Of a stretch of 64,000 nt of DNA, positions 1 to 13,647 are shown piece after piece (the first letter of the stretch is position 1; every line of letters begins with the position of its first letter). Source of the stretch: Trichosphaerium sp. ATCC 40318 (Eukaryota; Protista; Tubulinea). The DNA is taken from positions 48,970 to 112,969 of the forward strand of contig JALMLS010000491.1 in NCBI GenBank assembly GCA_038496445.1, read 5' to 3'. The position numbers were made by a program, and so were the translations under genes. The notes beneath the pieces were generated by a model. That model did not search any database. It was not told where the DNA came from and worked only from the letters and a program-made list of their open reading frames with translations.

Positions 1-551
1 GATAAAGTTGAATGTACAAAAGGATTTCTGGATTTCCAAGATAATGGAAAGCAAAAGGAGTGTGTGTTCTCTTGGCGCTTTCTAAATAGAAAATAACGAC
101 ATGATTTGAAGTTGATGAGAATTCAGTGCCTCGAGGTATCGTACCTGATTCTCAACACAAACATCAATCTAGGATCATGTTAGACTGAGAGAAACTGGTA
201 TGAACTGGTACAGTTCCTTGGTCTCGAGTGTCCTTTGGCCGGTGTTCCAGTGTACGCCGTTGTCAATGGAGTGGGGCGCTCTGTGGGTTATTAAGGAGAG
301 GATGTCTGCTCGGCCTATCTTTTTGTGAAAAAAAGGATTACAAGTTTTATTTTGCTATTTATCTAAAAAACACTGTTGGCCTCTTACTGGTCTGTTGATA
401 GTTATTGCTATCCTCAACATTGTACTGAAGGTTTTTTCCAAGAGTAAGTTTGAGTGATTAAAGGTAAGGACACAAAAACTAGTAACTAGTACTTGAACAA
501 CTATGTATTTTCTTTTTCTTGAAAAAAATATACAATTTATTGATACAAAGA

Positions 552-1283
552 TTAGTCGGAAAGAAGTGAAGGATCATCAAAAGCCTCAAGTGCAACACCA
601 AGTTTCTTTTTTCTATCCTTTGTAATAACTCGAACATAAGGTTTAAGTAATTTCGCAAAATCATTCAAGCTCTTCCTGCCAACTGCAAAGCAAGGTGTAG
701 TCCCTAACAACCATTAGATTTATGTTTTGTATTTTTAAAGACAGTACCTTTGCCGTCTGGATCACGTGCATAGAGCCTCACTTGATCTTTAGAAGTTTTA
801 TTAGTGATTTTGCCCATTGTCCATTGCTTATCTCCGCGAAGTACAAGTGGAATACAGTGATTAGGTTGTCCAATAGGACCTGAGTAAGAATAAGGACCAC
901 CTTTTCAAAAAGTTTTCAAAGTGTACCTCTGCTTTCTTCATACAAGACAAGAAGAGCATTCTGAACTCTCTCGTCTTCCTTTTGAACGTAGGCCATAATG
1001 AAACAAGGTGTTGGTTTGGCACGACTTGCTGTTTTGAACATATGGAATGGCCTAACAGAATAAGCACGTGACATAGTTTTCATTGTACAGTACCAATAGC
1101 CTATAGGAGATATGATAGTGTCAGCATTATTTATCTCTTCTTGAAGTGATTTTAAGTCGGATTGAACACCTCCAATGGCAGTTGGTCCGAAGTAGTGTCC
1201 TTTAATTTTGATTGTCTAAAAATCACGTGTTAAGTTTACTGTTAGACAAAATAATCAGCGCATACGTTTTCAGAGTCTGACAT
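552..1283 (-). CDS. Spliced hypothetical protein (MSDSEN-TIKIKGHYFGPTAIGG...AFDDPSLLSD*)
   Basis: ATG at 1283; four short GT-AG introns join open exons to a TAA at 552-554; no recognisable domain. Confidence 0.5.
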
Positions 1284-1890
1284 TTAGTTGATTTAGTAGT
1301 GGTAGTTGTTGTTGTTGGTTGTTATTGAGAATGGTTTTAAGTAGACGTAAAGATATGACTTAACTCCTTTCACTTAAATCTCGAAGCGCTCTTGATACCA
1401 CGTTCTTATCTCGGGCTATTCCAGTACTATATTTAAATATGGGCCATATAACTGCCATAGCATGGACATAACACGTCAAGCAACAGCGTGTAAGTTAGGG
1501 TTTAAAAAAAAATATAAAACAGGACCGTGCACCACTCCATTCACTGTATATGCTTATGGTCATATTGCGACACCTTTACCAAGTTACACGTGATGCTATC
1601 AAGGGCCTAGTGTCGATAAATAAACAATTAAAGCGATGACGTGTACTTTGCTTTCTCATGTATCTACGAAAGGCGCTTGGCATGTCAGTTGGCTACCAAC
1701 CCTTTTTTGCTGTTAAAACGTAGCTTTGTGACTTGACCTTTACATTACTACTATTCATTCGAAAGATCTTTTCTATTGGTGACGCCTCATGACACGTGTT
1801 TTGAATATTGCGTTGATCTTGCGCAATATGCATATTGGCCACTGTCGCAAAGGAAGATTTTGGCCATCAAGTATGGCGCTTTGAGCCAAA

Positions 1891-2635
1891 ATGGAAGCGG
1901 ACAGTTCCAAATTTCTGTTGGATATTGCTGAAAAGTTGAGCTTGGATGTATAGTTGACACCCGAACAATTATTAATGGGAAAAATTGGTATTAAGCGCTT
2001 TGAGTATGTTGAGGATGTTCAATGTAATATCAACTTTACTCATTGTCTCCTGTCTTTTACTAAGTTTTAGGTTCTACCTTGTGGTCAAAGGATACACTTA
2101 ACTTGTGGTCTCATAGAGTGGTATTACCTTTCATTAGCCCAAATGGCAAGTTCATCTTCTTTAACTACAAAAACAACAACTGTGGTGTTTGATAATAACA
2201 CTGGCAAAAAAGTTGGTGTATTGAATCACCCTGTAAGACAAGTCATTGGTCAGGGTGATTACTTAATCATTATCAATAGAGATTGCATGTACAAGTACCT
2301 GGAAGATAACAACACATTTAATCTATTGTGGAAGACAAAATTCAAGAAATCGGAAATAGATACAGTTTCTGCTTATCATTTTTCCAAATCAATTCATCCT
2401 CCTGATTAATGACAATAAAACCGGTTAGATGTCCAAAATAAGTGTCACTCTTGTTGATGATATGGGTAATCAGGTTTGGCAGAAGTTTGTAGATATTGAA
2501 GGACTTGCATTGAAGTGCTATCCCGATGTTCATTATGAGATAAGAGGAAAGCAAGGCATTATTTTAAAAGCATTTGAATATGAGAATGCTTTAATGGAAT
2601 GTATCGGATGGGATGGCTCAACAAAATGGAGATAG
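1891..2635 (+). pseudogene. Degraded coding remnant, possibly beta-propeller-like
   Basis: Coding-like ORF pieces (2143-2409, 2429-2635) in the same orientation, interrupted by stops; LLWKT / QVWQK / STKWR motifs recall propeller blades. Confidence 0.3.
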
Positions 2636-2690
2636 AGCGATTCATACCTATACCAGCTTGAAAGATGTAAAGTTTTTTTTCTTATATTAT

Positions 2691-4671
2691 TTACAGTGTA
2701 CACCATAGTACTACAATCATTGTTATTATCGATTCAAAGGTTATTTTTAAAATATTTCCATTGTTAATAGGTTCTCTACATTTAGTGATTTGAAGACGTA
2801 GAATTGAGGAGGTTCTTAGGTTTTTTCTTGATTTTCTGACACATTGAGTATAATCTTTGTTTACTTCTGGGCTAATCTCTTCACAATTCTTTCGTTGAGC
2901 AATTAACGCTGTTGTTGACTTTATAGTAATAAATTCAATTAGTCTACGGATGTATCATGATATGATTTACCTCTATATTCTTCGAGTCTATCGTGAACGA
3001 ACCTGTGAAACATTCCGAAACATCAACAACTGCTGTATCTTTTTTAATTTGTAAAACACTTCCTACGTTGATACTTATATTTCCTTTAGAAATAATATAG
3101 TTAGCATACAATACACGCTATTTTATAGGTACGTACCAGGTACGTATAGATTTGAATTGACAACCACTACTGGAGCGTTGCTCTCCAAGTTTTCTAAATT
3201 TTTTTTAATACTCTAAGAAAAAAGCAGGAATCTATTTGTTACCTCTTGTTCTTGGATCATTTTCAATCTCGCAAATAACGTTTATTGCTCCGACAGTATC
3301 ACAACGATAATCGGCCCACCTTTGGGCAGAACCCCTATACTCAACTGTTAAGAGACATGCTTTGAAGAACTAACATGGCTTGAAAATGCAATAAACAAAG
3401 CACGTGTGTGACACGTGCTCGTTCTGAAAAAAGAAAAGCGAAAGAAAAAAAAACGCACAAAACAACACAGTTCTCTTTGACTGAACCTGGAAACTTCTTG
3501 TTCTGAGGTTCTCGGCTAAACCAAGGATATTTCTTTATTGTTCTACCAAACTCCCTCTTTTCTTTTGTTACAGCCTAAGTGAGTATCACGTGTTAGTAGT
3601 TAATAAATAATAAATGAAAAGGTACCCATTTAAAATCAAAGTGATTACTACTAAATCCACTAGTAAGCCCTATCCATACACCTTCTCTGTTGAACTCTTG
3701 TTTTCTTACACTATGAACAAAAGTTTGCTCATCAGCAGTTGTAATCGTAGCGATATAACCACACTGCCCTAGAAACAATAGCCGTTAATAAAAAAATCTA
3801 TACTTGTGATACAACTTACCTTGTGCTTCTATCCATGTCAACCTTTTTTTAATACCGTTGTAACAGTGACCTTTTATAATGTAAGTCAATGAGATGACAT
3901 GTTATCTAAGCCGAAGAATGCCTGAAGTCGAAAATGACAAAGGATCTGTTTTTCAGAAGTAAGTTTGCTGCTAAAAATGTACCCGCTAGTACGTGATCGC
4001 AAGGTACCTCGTCAGGTACCACAACACATTCTTTATCTACTGATATATTTGCGTTATGAATTGCTTCGCAAATAAAGCGATTTGGAGCACATCCAGGAAC
4101 GAGTGCCTTTTAGAAAAAAAAAGTTACAAAAAAAAAAAAGTGAAAGATCTATTAGGTTTATTTTGTGTACACACTGTACGTACCCCTCCTTTGAAAGTAG
4201 CGCAACCACCAATACCTGATTTACTATTTACTCCAAAATTTCCCTTGAATAGAGTTGGAGAAACGCTTGAGCCATCAGACCAATAAAATTTTGAGTTCTT
4301 TCTTGTTAACATCACTTTAATGTCCTTCGTATTGTCTTAGGCACGTGGTAAACGTAAAAAACCCGATGGTACCTTGAATAGCGAAATAACAGAAGCTTCC
4401 ATAATTGAATCAATGACCAAAGGATGTGAGCCTGGATACTATTAACAAGATACAAAAACGCGAAATGGTTTGGGTCGAAAATGAAATTGTTTTTGATTTT
4501 ATTTTTTTTGTCCCTTGTGATCCCCATTCGATGCTTACCTGCTGCGCATGAAGTATTCGTATTATTTGTAGAATCGTGTAGGTAGTAGACTTTATTCTGC
4601 CACTTACAAGACGATATTTGCGTAGCTGTACATGACGTTACGCACAGAATAACACAAAGCCAAAGAATCAT
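2691..4671 (-). CDS. Secreted/GPI-type protein with two C-type lectin-like domains (multi-exon)
   Basis: Signal peptide MILWLCVILCVTSCTA; CTLD motifs FYWSDGS, LTWIEAQ, GYIATITTADEQTFV, VWIGL, WADYRC...VICE; hydrophobic C-terminus (IITMIVVLWCTL*). Confidence 0.8.
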
Positions 4672-5239
4672 GGTTTCGTTGCCACAAAAGAGAAAAACAA
4701 AGTTCGATAAGTCATTTTTTTTTTGGTGTACACGTGATTTATTTTAGGTTATCACTCGATTTGAATAATAAAAACCATAGAATCTTCAATAAATACTCAC
4801 GCGCTCAAAAATTACGCGATAAGTATCACGTGATAAATTGAGGAAAAAAAAAGAACCGGATATAGCGGTTTTGTTGGTATTTTTTTCATCCTAGTGTGGT
4901 GTCATTTACGTTCTACTACGCCACTATTTTCACCCGGAGCTCTGACAAAGCGAATTACTTGCGCGTACACATATCAAACTAAAGAACGCTCAATGAACGC
5001 TGTCGTGCATCTTTTTAGCGTTTTTTATGTAATATGAGCGCTAGCCAACACCTTTAATCCGTACACACTATTAATCTTGTATATTTTACCCTCTGAGGCT
5101 GAGGATGGTGACCCTAGCGTTGACAGCCTGGGTTTGATCGAATTGATCAATCAATTCTTTTACCTTCATCGAGAAGTGACTTGTATTTCTTTGATAACAA
5201 ACCAACTTTTATGAATGCAGCACATGTTAGTCGTATGGA

Positions 5240-5500
5240 CGTTCATCTGTAATGCGCATACAGCAACTGAGATTAACAGTATGGAAACCAGACAGTGACT
5301 GGTACGCCATTGGTGTAATGGTATTCTTCAATTAATTCACCATTGCCAGACCAGTTGTACTCCATGAAGTATACCATTGGCATAAATACACTCATAAGAC
5401 TGCACGATCCTCCCACAACTCTTTATACTCTCCTTCTATCTCGTCATTTACATAGTTACATGTGTACCACACTTGACACCTTTGTACCAACTTGTGACAT
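5240..5500 (-). pseudogene. Relic of MORN-variant (YwqK-like) repeats adjacent to an LRR relic
   Basis: Minus-strand translation gives CNYVNDEIEGEYKELW, YECIYANGILHG and NGELIEEYHYTNG with frameshifts, then SLSGFHTVNLSCCMRITDE, the same LRR consensus as the intact F-box/LRR genes. Confidence 0.55.
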
Positions 5501-6660
5501 GTCCTTCTTTTTTACCACCAACACTGAGACCTAGTGTCTAGAATCTTCTATTATGATTTAGCAGCTCACGTCTTCAGGTTGCTATTCTTCAATTTGTAAT
5601 ACTTGGAAAGTTGCCATTAAGACTTTGGCGATTGTTACATGTGCGTAGGTATGTGTGGTGCGATTGTTGGTCACCTGACATTGGGACATTTTGTGAAATA
5701 TACAAAAGCAATCTATGTTTGTATCTTTATTGTCCGTATCATTCAAGTTTGCAAAACTTTGCTACTTTTTGCTGTTTGTGACTTTTGGTTTTCGTGTTTA
5801 GTCAGATCTGACAGATCTTGCAACTTATGTTAGTTCTTGCAAGATCTGTTAAAAACTACAAGATCTGACAGATCTTGTCAGTTCTGGAAAACTAAATCCA
5901 CGTGTTTTTAACCATTATTTTATTTTGTACATTGTTAGCAGTTCTGTTGACGTCCTATAATGTTCATCAGTTGTCTCCTATACTCTAAAATGTACTATTA
6001 CGCCATACTAATACCATACACTCAACGCAAGATACTTTGGAAGCGCTTGAAATTTTCTTAGAGATTTTAACGTTATCTCACGTTTAATAACCCCTGTAAA
6101 TAAAAATACAAACTGTACTTCTATCTATGCACAACTTCTTTGCGTACATACTTAAAGAATACAAAAGGGAGCCAGATCTTATTACAAGGGCTACAGTCAA
6201 AACGTTACAGGTCTTGATTTAAAGGTGGTAAATGATAATTTTTTGGGATTAGCGAATTTTGCTAAGCAGTGCCACTTGTTGTACACACGTAAATACGCAT
6301 GGGAAACATGTTGTCACTAGTTTTAGTGCGTTTGTGTTATTTTGAAAGTCAAAAAAAAATCAATACTGTTTACGGGCAAAAAAAGTCAAATTTTTGCTGC
6401 GAAGAATTTAAATCACTATTTCCTCCACCTGTTAGGCTTTGGCAGTACTGATACTGCTGTTGCATGGCGCAGGTGGAACGTTGTGTGTGCTGTGAATACG
6501 TCAGGGCTGCTAAAGGCTCTAGAGTTACAGTACATTACAAAAATGACCAATGGCACATGGGAAGCTTTCTTTGTTTGTTAGATGTGCATAGCGAAGCGGA
6601 TAAAGGATTTGCGTGTGCTCAGTGACGGAATGAAAACGCAATTGCGGTAAAGGTATGTCT

Positions 6661-6751
6661 AAAACCAAAAAACGGCAGCCAAAAGCCGACAAACTCTACA
6701 GCACCTATTTTACTACTACTTCTGAGAGTTTGGCTGCCGTTTTTTGATTTT
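6661..6751. repeat. Short inverted repeat / MITE-like foldback
   Basis: AAAACCAAAAAACGGCAGCCAAA (6661-6683) pairs with TTTGGCTGCCGTTTTTTGATTTT (6729-6751) with one mismatch. Confidence 0.6.
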
Positions 6752-7702
6752 GGCTTGAGATTTCAGGCCAACACAAAATCACGTGCCTATTTTGTTTTTT
6801 ACCAACTTCTGCAAAGTGTTGTTAACGCATCTATAAGGCGTGTAAGAGGAGAGGAAGGCTTATTGGACCGTTTTCAAAACTCAAATCAAAAAAATACCAA
6901 AAACAGTGCGTCAAACTACTCCAATAATCACACTTACACAAGGATAGGCAGTTGGATGCGTTTAACAACAAAGTGCAACAACACGTGGTAGCGTTTCTTA
7001 AAACTCAAAGTAGGTATGCAAGAAGGTGCAGAGTTACAGTATCAAGTTCGAAAAATAGAGTTGCTTGAATACGAGAGTAGTAAACAAGAAAAACTTTGAA
7101 TTTTGGGAATTGGATGATGGATTTTGTTGCTAGTCAAGTTCCTGCTAATGATAAAAGAGTACGCAAGGCATTTGACTGGAGCATACTAGATGTTTTGGAT
7201 GAAAATAATGTCATTGGAGATGAGACTTTTTGTCTTTAATACGGAAAAATGACAAAAAAACTTAATCAACTGATGGGGAATGGTCAATAGTTTTTAGAGC
7301 TCTCTTAAGCTACACGCATATACCTAACATATAGTAGCTTGTATACAAAAAATAAATTCACTGTTTTACGGGTTTCTAAGTTGTTGACGATTTTTTTTCC
7401 AAATGGGTACTGCTTAGTAAAATTCGCTCTACTTTAGCTGGTTAGCCAAAACGGGGTACAAACATTTCTACGGGAAAACTATTTTTTTTTTGCGGGAAAA
7501 TTGTTCAAGTTGGTAACACCACCCAAAAATTACATATTAATATAGTTAGCTTTACTCTGACTCGATTATAGGTAGATTTATCTGTTCACGTGAAATGTCA
7601 CGTGAGCAGTTCACCGGGAAAAAACAACAATCATCAAGCAAGTATAAATCTCAATCATCATAAACATCACAACCACTAGAACAACAACAACTAAAAAACC
7701 AA

Positions 7703-8663
7703 ATGTCTAAAGCACCTAAGAAGAATGACCCAAAGTCTAAACCAACAAAGAAGGACAACGGAGAGAAACCAAATCTGAAGGAATGGATAAACCCCGACAA
7801 GAAAGCACCAAGCTTGAAAGATATCCTCAAAAAAGAACCTAAAGACAAGCATCCTGCTAAATTCACACTTCCTTTGGAAGATGACAATATTAGACAATTA
7901 TTGCTGGCATGTTCACAAGACGTATACGATTTCAAAGAGCAGGGCAAGTTTAAGGATCATTTGAGGAACCTAAAAAAACAGAAGGAGTATTTTACAAGTG
8001 GTAACTTTATTCAATATGGATTGTACTTGGTTCTAAAGGGCAAGTACAAGAACAAGAAGATACTTGCACTCAGAGGAACAGATTCGCTATTTGGTGAGTT
8101 TTTTTTTGATTTTTGGTTAAATAAATAATGTACTCATGTACTTTGTAGGTGTTGTACAAGATATCTCTCTGATTTACTCAGGACCTACAATCAGCAAGGC
8201 CAAAAGATGTGCTGTAGAAATAGCAAAGAAATCTGACGTGAACCCTGACTTTATTACAGGTACACAAAAACAACAAGAGTGAAATTGGACCCTTGTAAAA
8301 ACAAAAAAAAAAACTAACTTTGGTTTTCCTTAAGGTCACTCACTTGGCGGAGCTCTTGCTGAAATGGTAGCTTCTGAAATACCACTCCCTGGCGCTTCAT
8401 TTAATTCACCTGGAGTGTATTCTTGGTTCAAACTGTTTAATCTGTGCGGTGAAAGCAAAAAGTATGCTAGCGTTTTAAGATATGAAGTGCATTTGACCAA
8501 AGGTGACCTTGTTTCCAAGTTTGCTGGTTGCCGTTCCCCTGACAATGGGCATATTGCAAAGCCAATATGGCACAAAGCTGTTGCGAAACCTGGTGGACCT
8601 AAGGAAGCAAAATGGAAGCATGCTATCAAGGGCTGTATTGCTAGAATTGGAGCACTCGAGTAA
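7703..8663 (+). CDS. Class-3 lipase-like alpha/beta hydrolase (3 exons)
   Basis: ILALRGTD oxyanion motif; splicing joins FITG to HSLGGALA, giving the GHSLGG nucleophile elbow; followed by ASFNSPG and GDLVS. Confidence 0.85.
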
Positions 8664-10521
8664 GAATTGCAGTGCTCTTGGTATTAGAATAGATAAGAAA
8701 TCGAGAAGAAATTATTTGTCAGAATAAAACAAATTACCTTTTAGATCGTAGTTTCTTTATTGTCCTCCTAAAGCTTCTAAGGAAACTATACAATTTCAAT
8801 TTTTATTGTAGCGGATACAACTAAGTTAATGACACCACCTTGTTCTATAATATGCGCTGACAACTAGGGTGTACATTCTGCGTTCTTATACAATTACTTT
8901 TACTTTTGTTCGCAAAAAACCCTAAATAGTTCACTCTTGGTTTACGTCACAACGACAATAAAGACAAAGGGCATCGTTGGGAAATTGAACTGTACCTAAA
9001 GTAGTGTAGTTAGATATCTCTCCTGTACCAGTTCAATTGTAAGTCCAGTGTTAGATGAAGTATATTGATCACAAAGTATTGATGCATCAATATTCCAAAA
9101 CGAAAAAAACAGCTTCTTTATTAGGAAAGTACACGCGTACTTTCAACATGCTTTACTCAAAGGTTACATGACACTTGTTCTCGTTGTCTCGACACCTTAC
9201 TAATACAATAACATTGACGTAGATCAAATTAAACAACAGTGTGCGCTTGATTGAGCTAGCGGTGATGTTGTGGTTATCTTTTAGAACAATACTCTGAACT
9301 CCCGCTAAAGGAGTGACACCATTCTAAGTATTATCAAGACAAGCTATAAACAGCGTGTCCCAGCAAGAAATGACATCAAGAATAATAGCATGGAAACCAG
9401 CAAGTGCTTTAACACCTTATCAGTTAATGAGACAAATAGTACTTTCGATGTACGTAGCTTATGACAAGGATTTAGCGAAGCTGTCAGTTTCGAATAAAAA
9501 TACAACTGCAGTGATTATCTTGTCTTGGAATTGACTTAGACTATCGTTGCTACAACGAAACAAATTGCATAAACTCGACCAAAAATACCTTTGATAACAC
9601 TTTTCTCCTCATTAGTATATCTTGACTTGCAAGTACACCTAATATTCACCTTTGGTGAACGCTATTTTGTACTACAATCTATTCACCACACCACAAAAGG
9701 TCACTCTTATTTTCCATTAAACTTTTATTGTACGGATTTGACATGAAATAACGATTTTTTAAAAGACCACCCCCGAGTAGCTTTCTTTCTTTTGTACATG
9801 TTAAGTACTCTATACTTATACACTAATGTTATCTTGCAGAGTTTCAAAAGGCTACGTAAGTAGTAACGTTCTCAAACTCTGGAATTCGAATATTGTAATA
9901 ATACACGTATAAAGATTTTAATAATAAAAATAGAACAAACAAAAGTGCTATTTTGGTGTGCAACAATGAAAATAGGATAGTATTATTCCGTTCTCAAAGC
10001 GGCAACAATATGTGCAGTAGCAATTTCTCCGTGATTGACCAAGCTGACTTCCATTTTTGCAATTTGAACCACCCTTAATTGAAGGCTTTGAACACATCTA
10101 TGTGTACGCAATTGACATTTACAGCCTTTGGGGGTATAAAAAACGCCACAAACATATGTGGGGTCAAGGAAAAAGCACTAACAGAAACGACAACTGTAAA
10201 GTTGAATCTTTTTGGTATTCGTTTTATTCAAAACTGCAAATAATTCCTAATTTGAGAACGCTACTATGTAGTTAAAAATACAAACCCCAACACCCCTTGA
10301 ACAATTACAATGGCCTCTAAAAATAAACTCATTCCGAGATTTCTGCAAGAAATTTACAATTTTTGCAATTTTGAAGTTAAAAAGGTGGAGAAATGTGTAA
10401 AAAAAGCAGCTCAAAAAACCTCTCTTCTCACCCACTTAGACCATGTTTGCTGTCAAGCCTCCACAAAAATTCTTGTATTTTCTCATCTTGCGCTAAAAAT
10501 AACAAATCAGACTTTCATACA

Positions 10522-11696
10522 ATGATTAAAGCACTTGCGATTCTATTTACTCTAATTTCCTTGACGCACTCACTAAGTAAGTCAATGATGTTTTAGCTCT
10601 ACCATTGTGTTAAACGAAAAAGAAAAATAAATGTATGGAGGCTGAAAACTAAGTATGTGGTAGGTGTAGGCGATAGAGGAGCTTGTACGATAACACATCA
10701 AATGACCAATCTCTTGGCACCGTCTGCCTAGTAAACAACCCTGATTTTATTGTTAACGATACAGCAATAGAATATCGTAACGAGTTTGTCTCAACTATAG
10801 TTGTTGATATAAACACAGACTCGTTTCAATTAACCATGTCATCAATGTTTCGACAAACTACAACCGACATCTTTTTAATTGCATGTGTTATGGAGCAACC
10901 AGTTATTGTTGAAGGTACGGTGTTAAAAAAGTAGGATGAACATTAAAATAGAATTTGTGTTCTATTTTTGTGTCATAGAGGCTATATATACCATTTTTTT
11001 TCGACTTTGTTTTTGTAACTATTTGAAAACTAAAATCTGAGACTTCGCTCAAGCTAATGACGTGTGACTTAAGTTGATCGACTTAGCTTCTTTTTTTTTT
11101 TTTGATTGAAAACGTTTGCAGTCACAGTGATAGTACTATATCTAACGCTTTAACTACAGGTATATCATTGGTTTCTTCTAATTTCACCAATAATCCCGTA
11201 AATCCTTCCTTCAATCAAACAACATTCAGGTGTGTAATTATCAAATTGAGGCTGTTGGTTTAACTTTTTTAATAGTTTCGTTATACCCATTACAGACTTT
11301 CCTCCAGGTTTGTATGAACTGGAATATAGCATAGCTTCATCAAGAGCGCCAACGACACTACCACCTACAACATTACCTCCTACAACACTACCACCTACAA
11401 CACTACCTCCTACAACACTACCTCCTACTCTAGCTCCTACAACTCTAACTCCTACTCTAGCTCTACCTCCTACAACAGCGCCTCCAACAACTCTGCCGCC
11501 AACAACACTACCGCCAAATATGCCACCGTCAAACGTATTTCAATCAACTCCAACTCCCACAACACAAGAACCAACTGCCGTTCCAACACAATCTCCTGTA
11601 ACTCAGCTGTGTTCTTCTTCAGAACAATTGAAGTCTATCAATCTCGTGTTTTACGTTTCTTTTGTAGCACTGTTAAGTATATTATTGTTGAATTGA
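10522..11696 (+). CDS. Mucin-like Pro/Thr-rich surface protein with probable GPI signal (multi-exon)
   Basis: Signal peptide MIKALAILFTLISLTHS; PPTTL pentapeptide (15-nt) repeats at ~11345-11520; hydrophobic C-terminal tail. Confidence 0.75.
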
Positions 11697-11924
11697 ATAA
11701 AAATTATTGAGAAAATACATCTCTGTCACATTCCTATTAAATATCTAGATAATATGTTAAAAAATGGCGCGTGGTCGAGCAAGTGTGCTCAACTAAACAG
11801 TTTGTAATATACGCTATGTGCGAAAACTGTGTTTTATTGAGACTGTTAAAATCAGGTATGTCATTGCACTAGATGCATCTTGCTTTATGGTAAACTTGTT
11901 TTAGAGTAAACTTCCACTAAGACA

Positions 11925-12040
11925 TCTCTTAGTGATTGAATACATTCATCCGTAACATACCTACAATAAAAAGAGAAATAGTATGAACACATGTTTGAGC
12001 GCTTTAACACCTTCATCTGTGAACGAAGTTTCGCCTTCAT
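11925..12040 (-). pseudogene. 3' relic of an F-box/LRR family gene
   Basis: ETSFTDEGVKALKH / HTISLFYCRYVTDECIQSL closely matches the C-terminus of the 20280-21857 protein; contains a frameshift and lacks the 5' part. Confidence 0.7.
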
Positions 12041-12101
12041 CTTTTGTTCAAAGAATTGAGTTGATTACAGCTGTTGTGAAGTTTACTCTATATGTTTAAT
12101 T

Positions 12102-13522
12102 TTACTGTACATGTACACTTGAAGATGCAGCATCCCTTCTTACAACATTGAGTTCAATAAAGTATGCATACTGTGATAGAATAATAAAAATTCTTCTATA
12201 CCAAACAAATTGAGATTTATGTTTTGTCATCGCTCTCCAGCTACGCCATGGCGTCTTACTTGCCAAAACAAGGTGTGAATTTAATCTATAATAATATGTT
12301 AATAATGTTTTATACAAAATATACATCATATGGTTGGTACCTATGAGATGGCTTGAAGTCAAGTAAAAGTCTTAACCAAGATGTAAATTTCATGAAAAAA
12401 GATTGTGTTTTTAAAGTGTAGTAACTAATCTTGTTGTATAAATGTTCTTGTGAATGACATATAACCCCATTATATGTATCAATATGATTTGGATGACCTG
12501 AAACACCTATAAATAGCGTAAATTGACAGAACTCTCAGAGAACTTCAAAATTCAGTTAAAATAAAATATGTATTTTTGTTACAAACCTCCTTTATCAAAC
12601 GTCACAATAACTGTGCATTTTAGTTCTTTGGCTATGTCTTCTATACGCTTAGATATTTCAAAAGCGTCCCATTTCTTATCGAAACCATCTGGAAAGTTAC
12701 CAAGACGTACTCTAAGAGGTACGTCAAACAACAACGGAACAAGATAAATATCACTAAAAAACGGCAAAAAAAAAACCACAAAAGAACAGCCAAGAAATCA
12801 ACAACATCTCTATGTGTGGCCATTAAATGACGCTATAAACATTCAAAATATACTAGAGATAATCTCTAGACTTCCAAAGCTTCGTCTCAAAGGCTGTAAA
12901 CTGCTTTTTTGATGAAAAGGCAAAAAAAAATGTTCAGAGTTTAAACTTTTGTTTCACGTTACCTGTCTGGAGTTATTCCCCATGTTGTCGCTGCGTTATA
13001 TAATTCTACGTTTCTTCCTGGTTCTAATCCAACACTCAGACACAATATAACTGTTATTTAAAGTCAGTAATCCGAAGAAGAAAAAAAACCACGTTGTGCG
13101 CGTTTTACGATGTCAAAAACCGACGTTACGTACAAACGCGAGACCCATAGAGCTCTAGAAGGGGAGAAAAGAACATTGACTCGTCATCAGGATGAGCCTA
13201 AAAGTCTGTTTAAATAATAATCATGACATTTGTCTTGTTTAGAGTATTGGAGCAGTGTAGAGTGAAAACAAAAGAAATGAGTGACGTTTAATCTGTTTGA
13301 TGTAAAAAGCGTACGGTTACTAGCAGTATAGTATCTCCACGCATTAAAAAGGTGTTTGACGCAGTATTATGCTTTGCAAGGCGTAACAATCTGAAATGGT
13401 ACTACAAATAGGTGTGAATACGCGGGTACGCCGCTAGCGCGTTGGTAGCGTACACCAAACCATCCAAAAGCCAAACAAATACAAATTGCAATTATCTCGC
13501 TAAGAAGTAATACTGATAACAT
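12102..13522 (-). CDS. PIGL: GlcNAc-phosphatidylinositol de-N-acetylase (PIG-L/GPI12), multi-exon
   Basis: N-terminal TM anchor MLSVLLLSEIIAICICLAFGWFG; spliced ILLVT-AHPDDESMFFSP; FPDG..KKWD; VTFDKGG-VSGHPNH; C-terminal AMTKHKSQFVWYRRIFIILSQY. All are PIG-L signatures. Confidence 0.92.
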
Positions 13523-13647
13523 TATGGTCCTCAGAGCGGCGCCAGCCGAAAAATTGCCGATAAGCGCCTGTTTATGTAGTACTGGAACAACGCATTAATC
13601 TGAAGCCATCCAAGGGCTGTAAGGTGGCCGTAGTCGTAAAACGAGTT

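Noticed and set aside
1-420. Possible minus-strand gene at the window edge
   Set aside because: Splice-like signals are present, but I could not build a consistent open frame or recognise a domain
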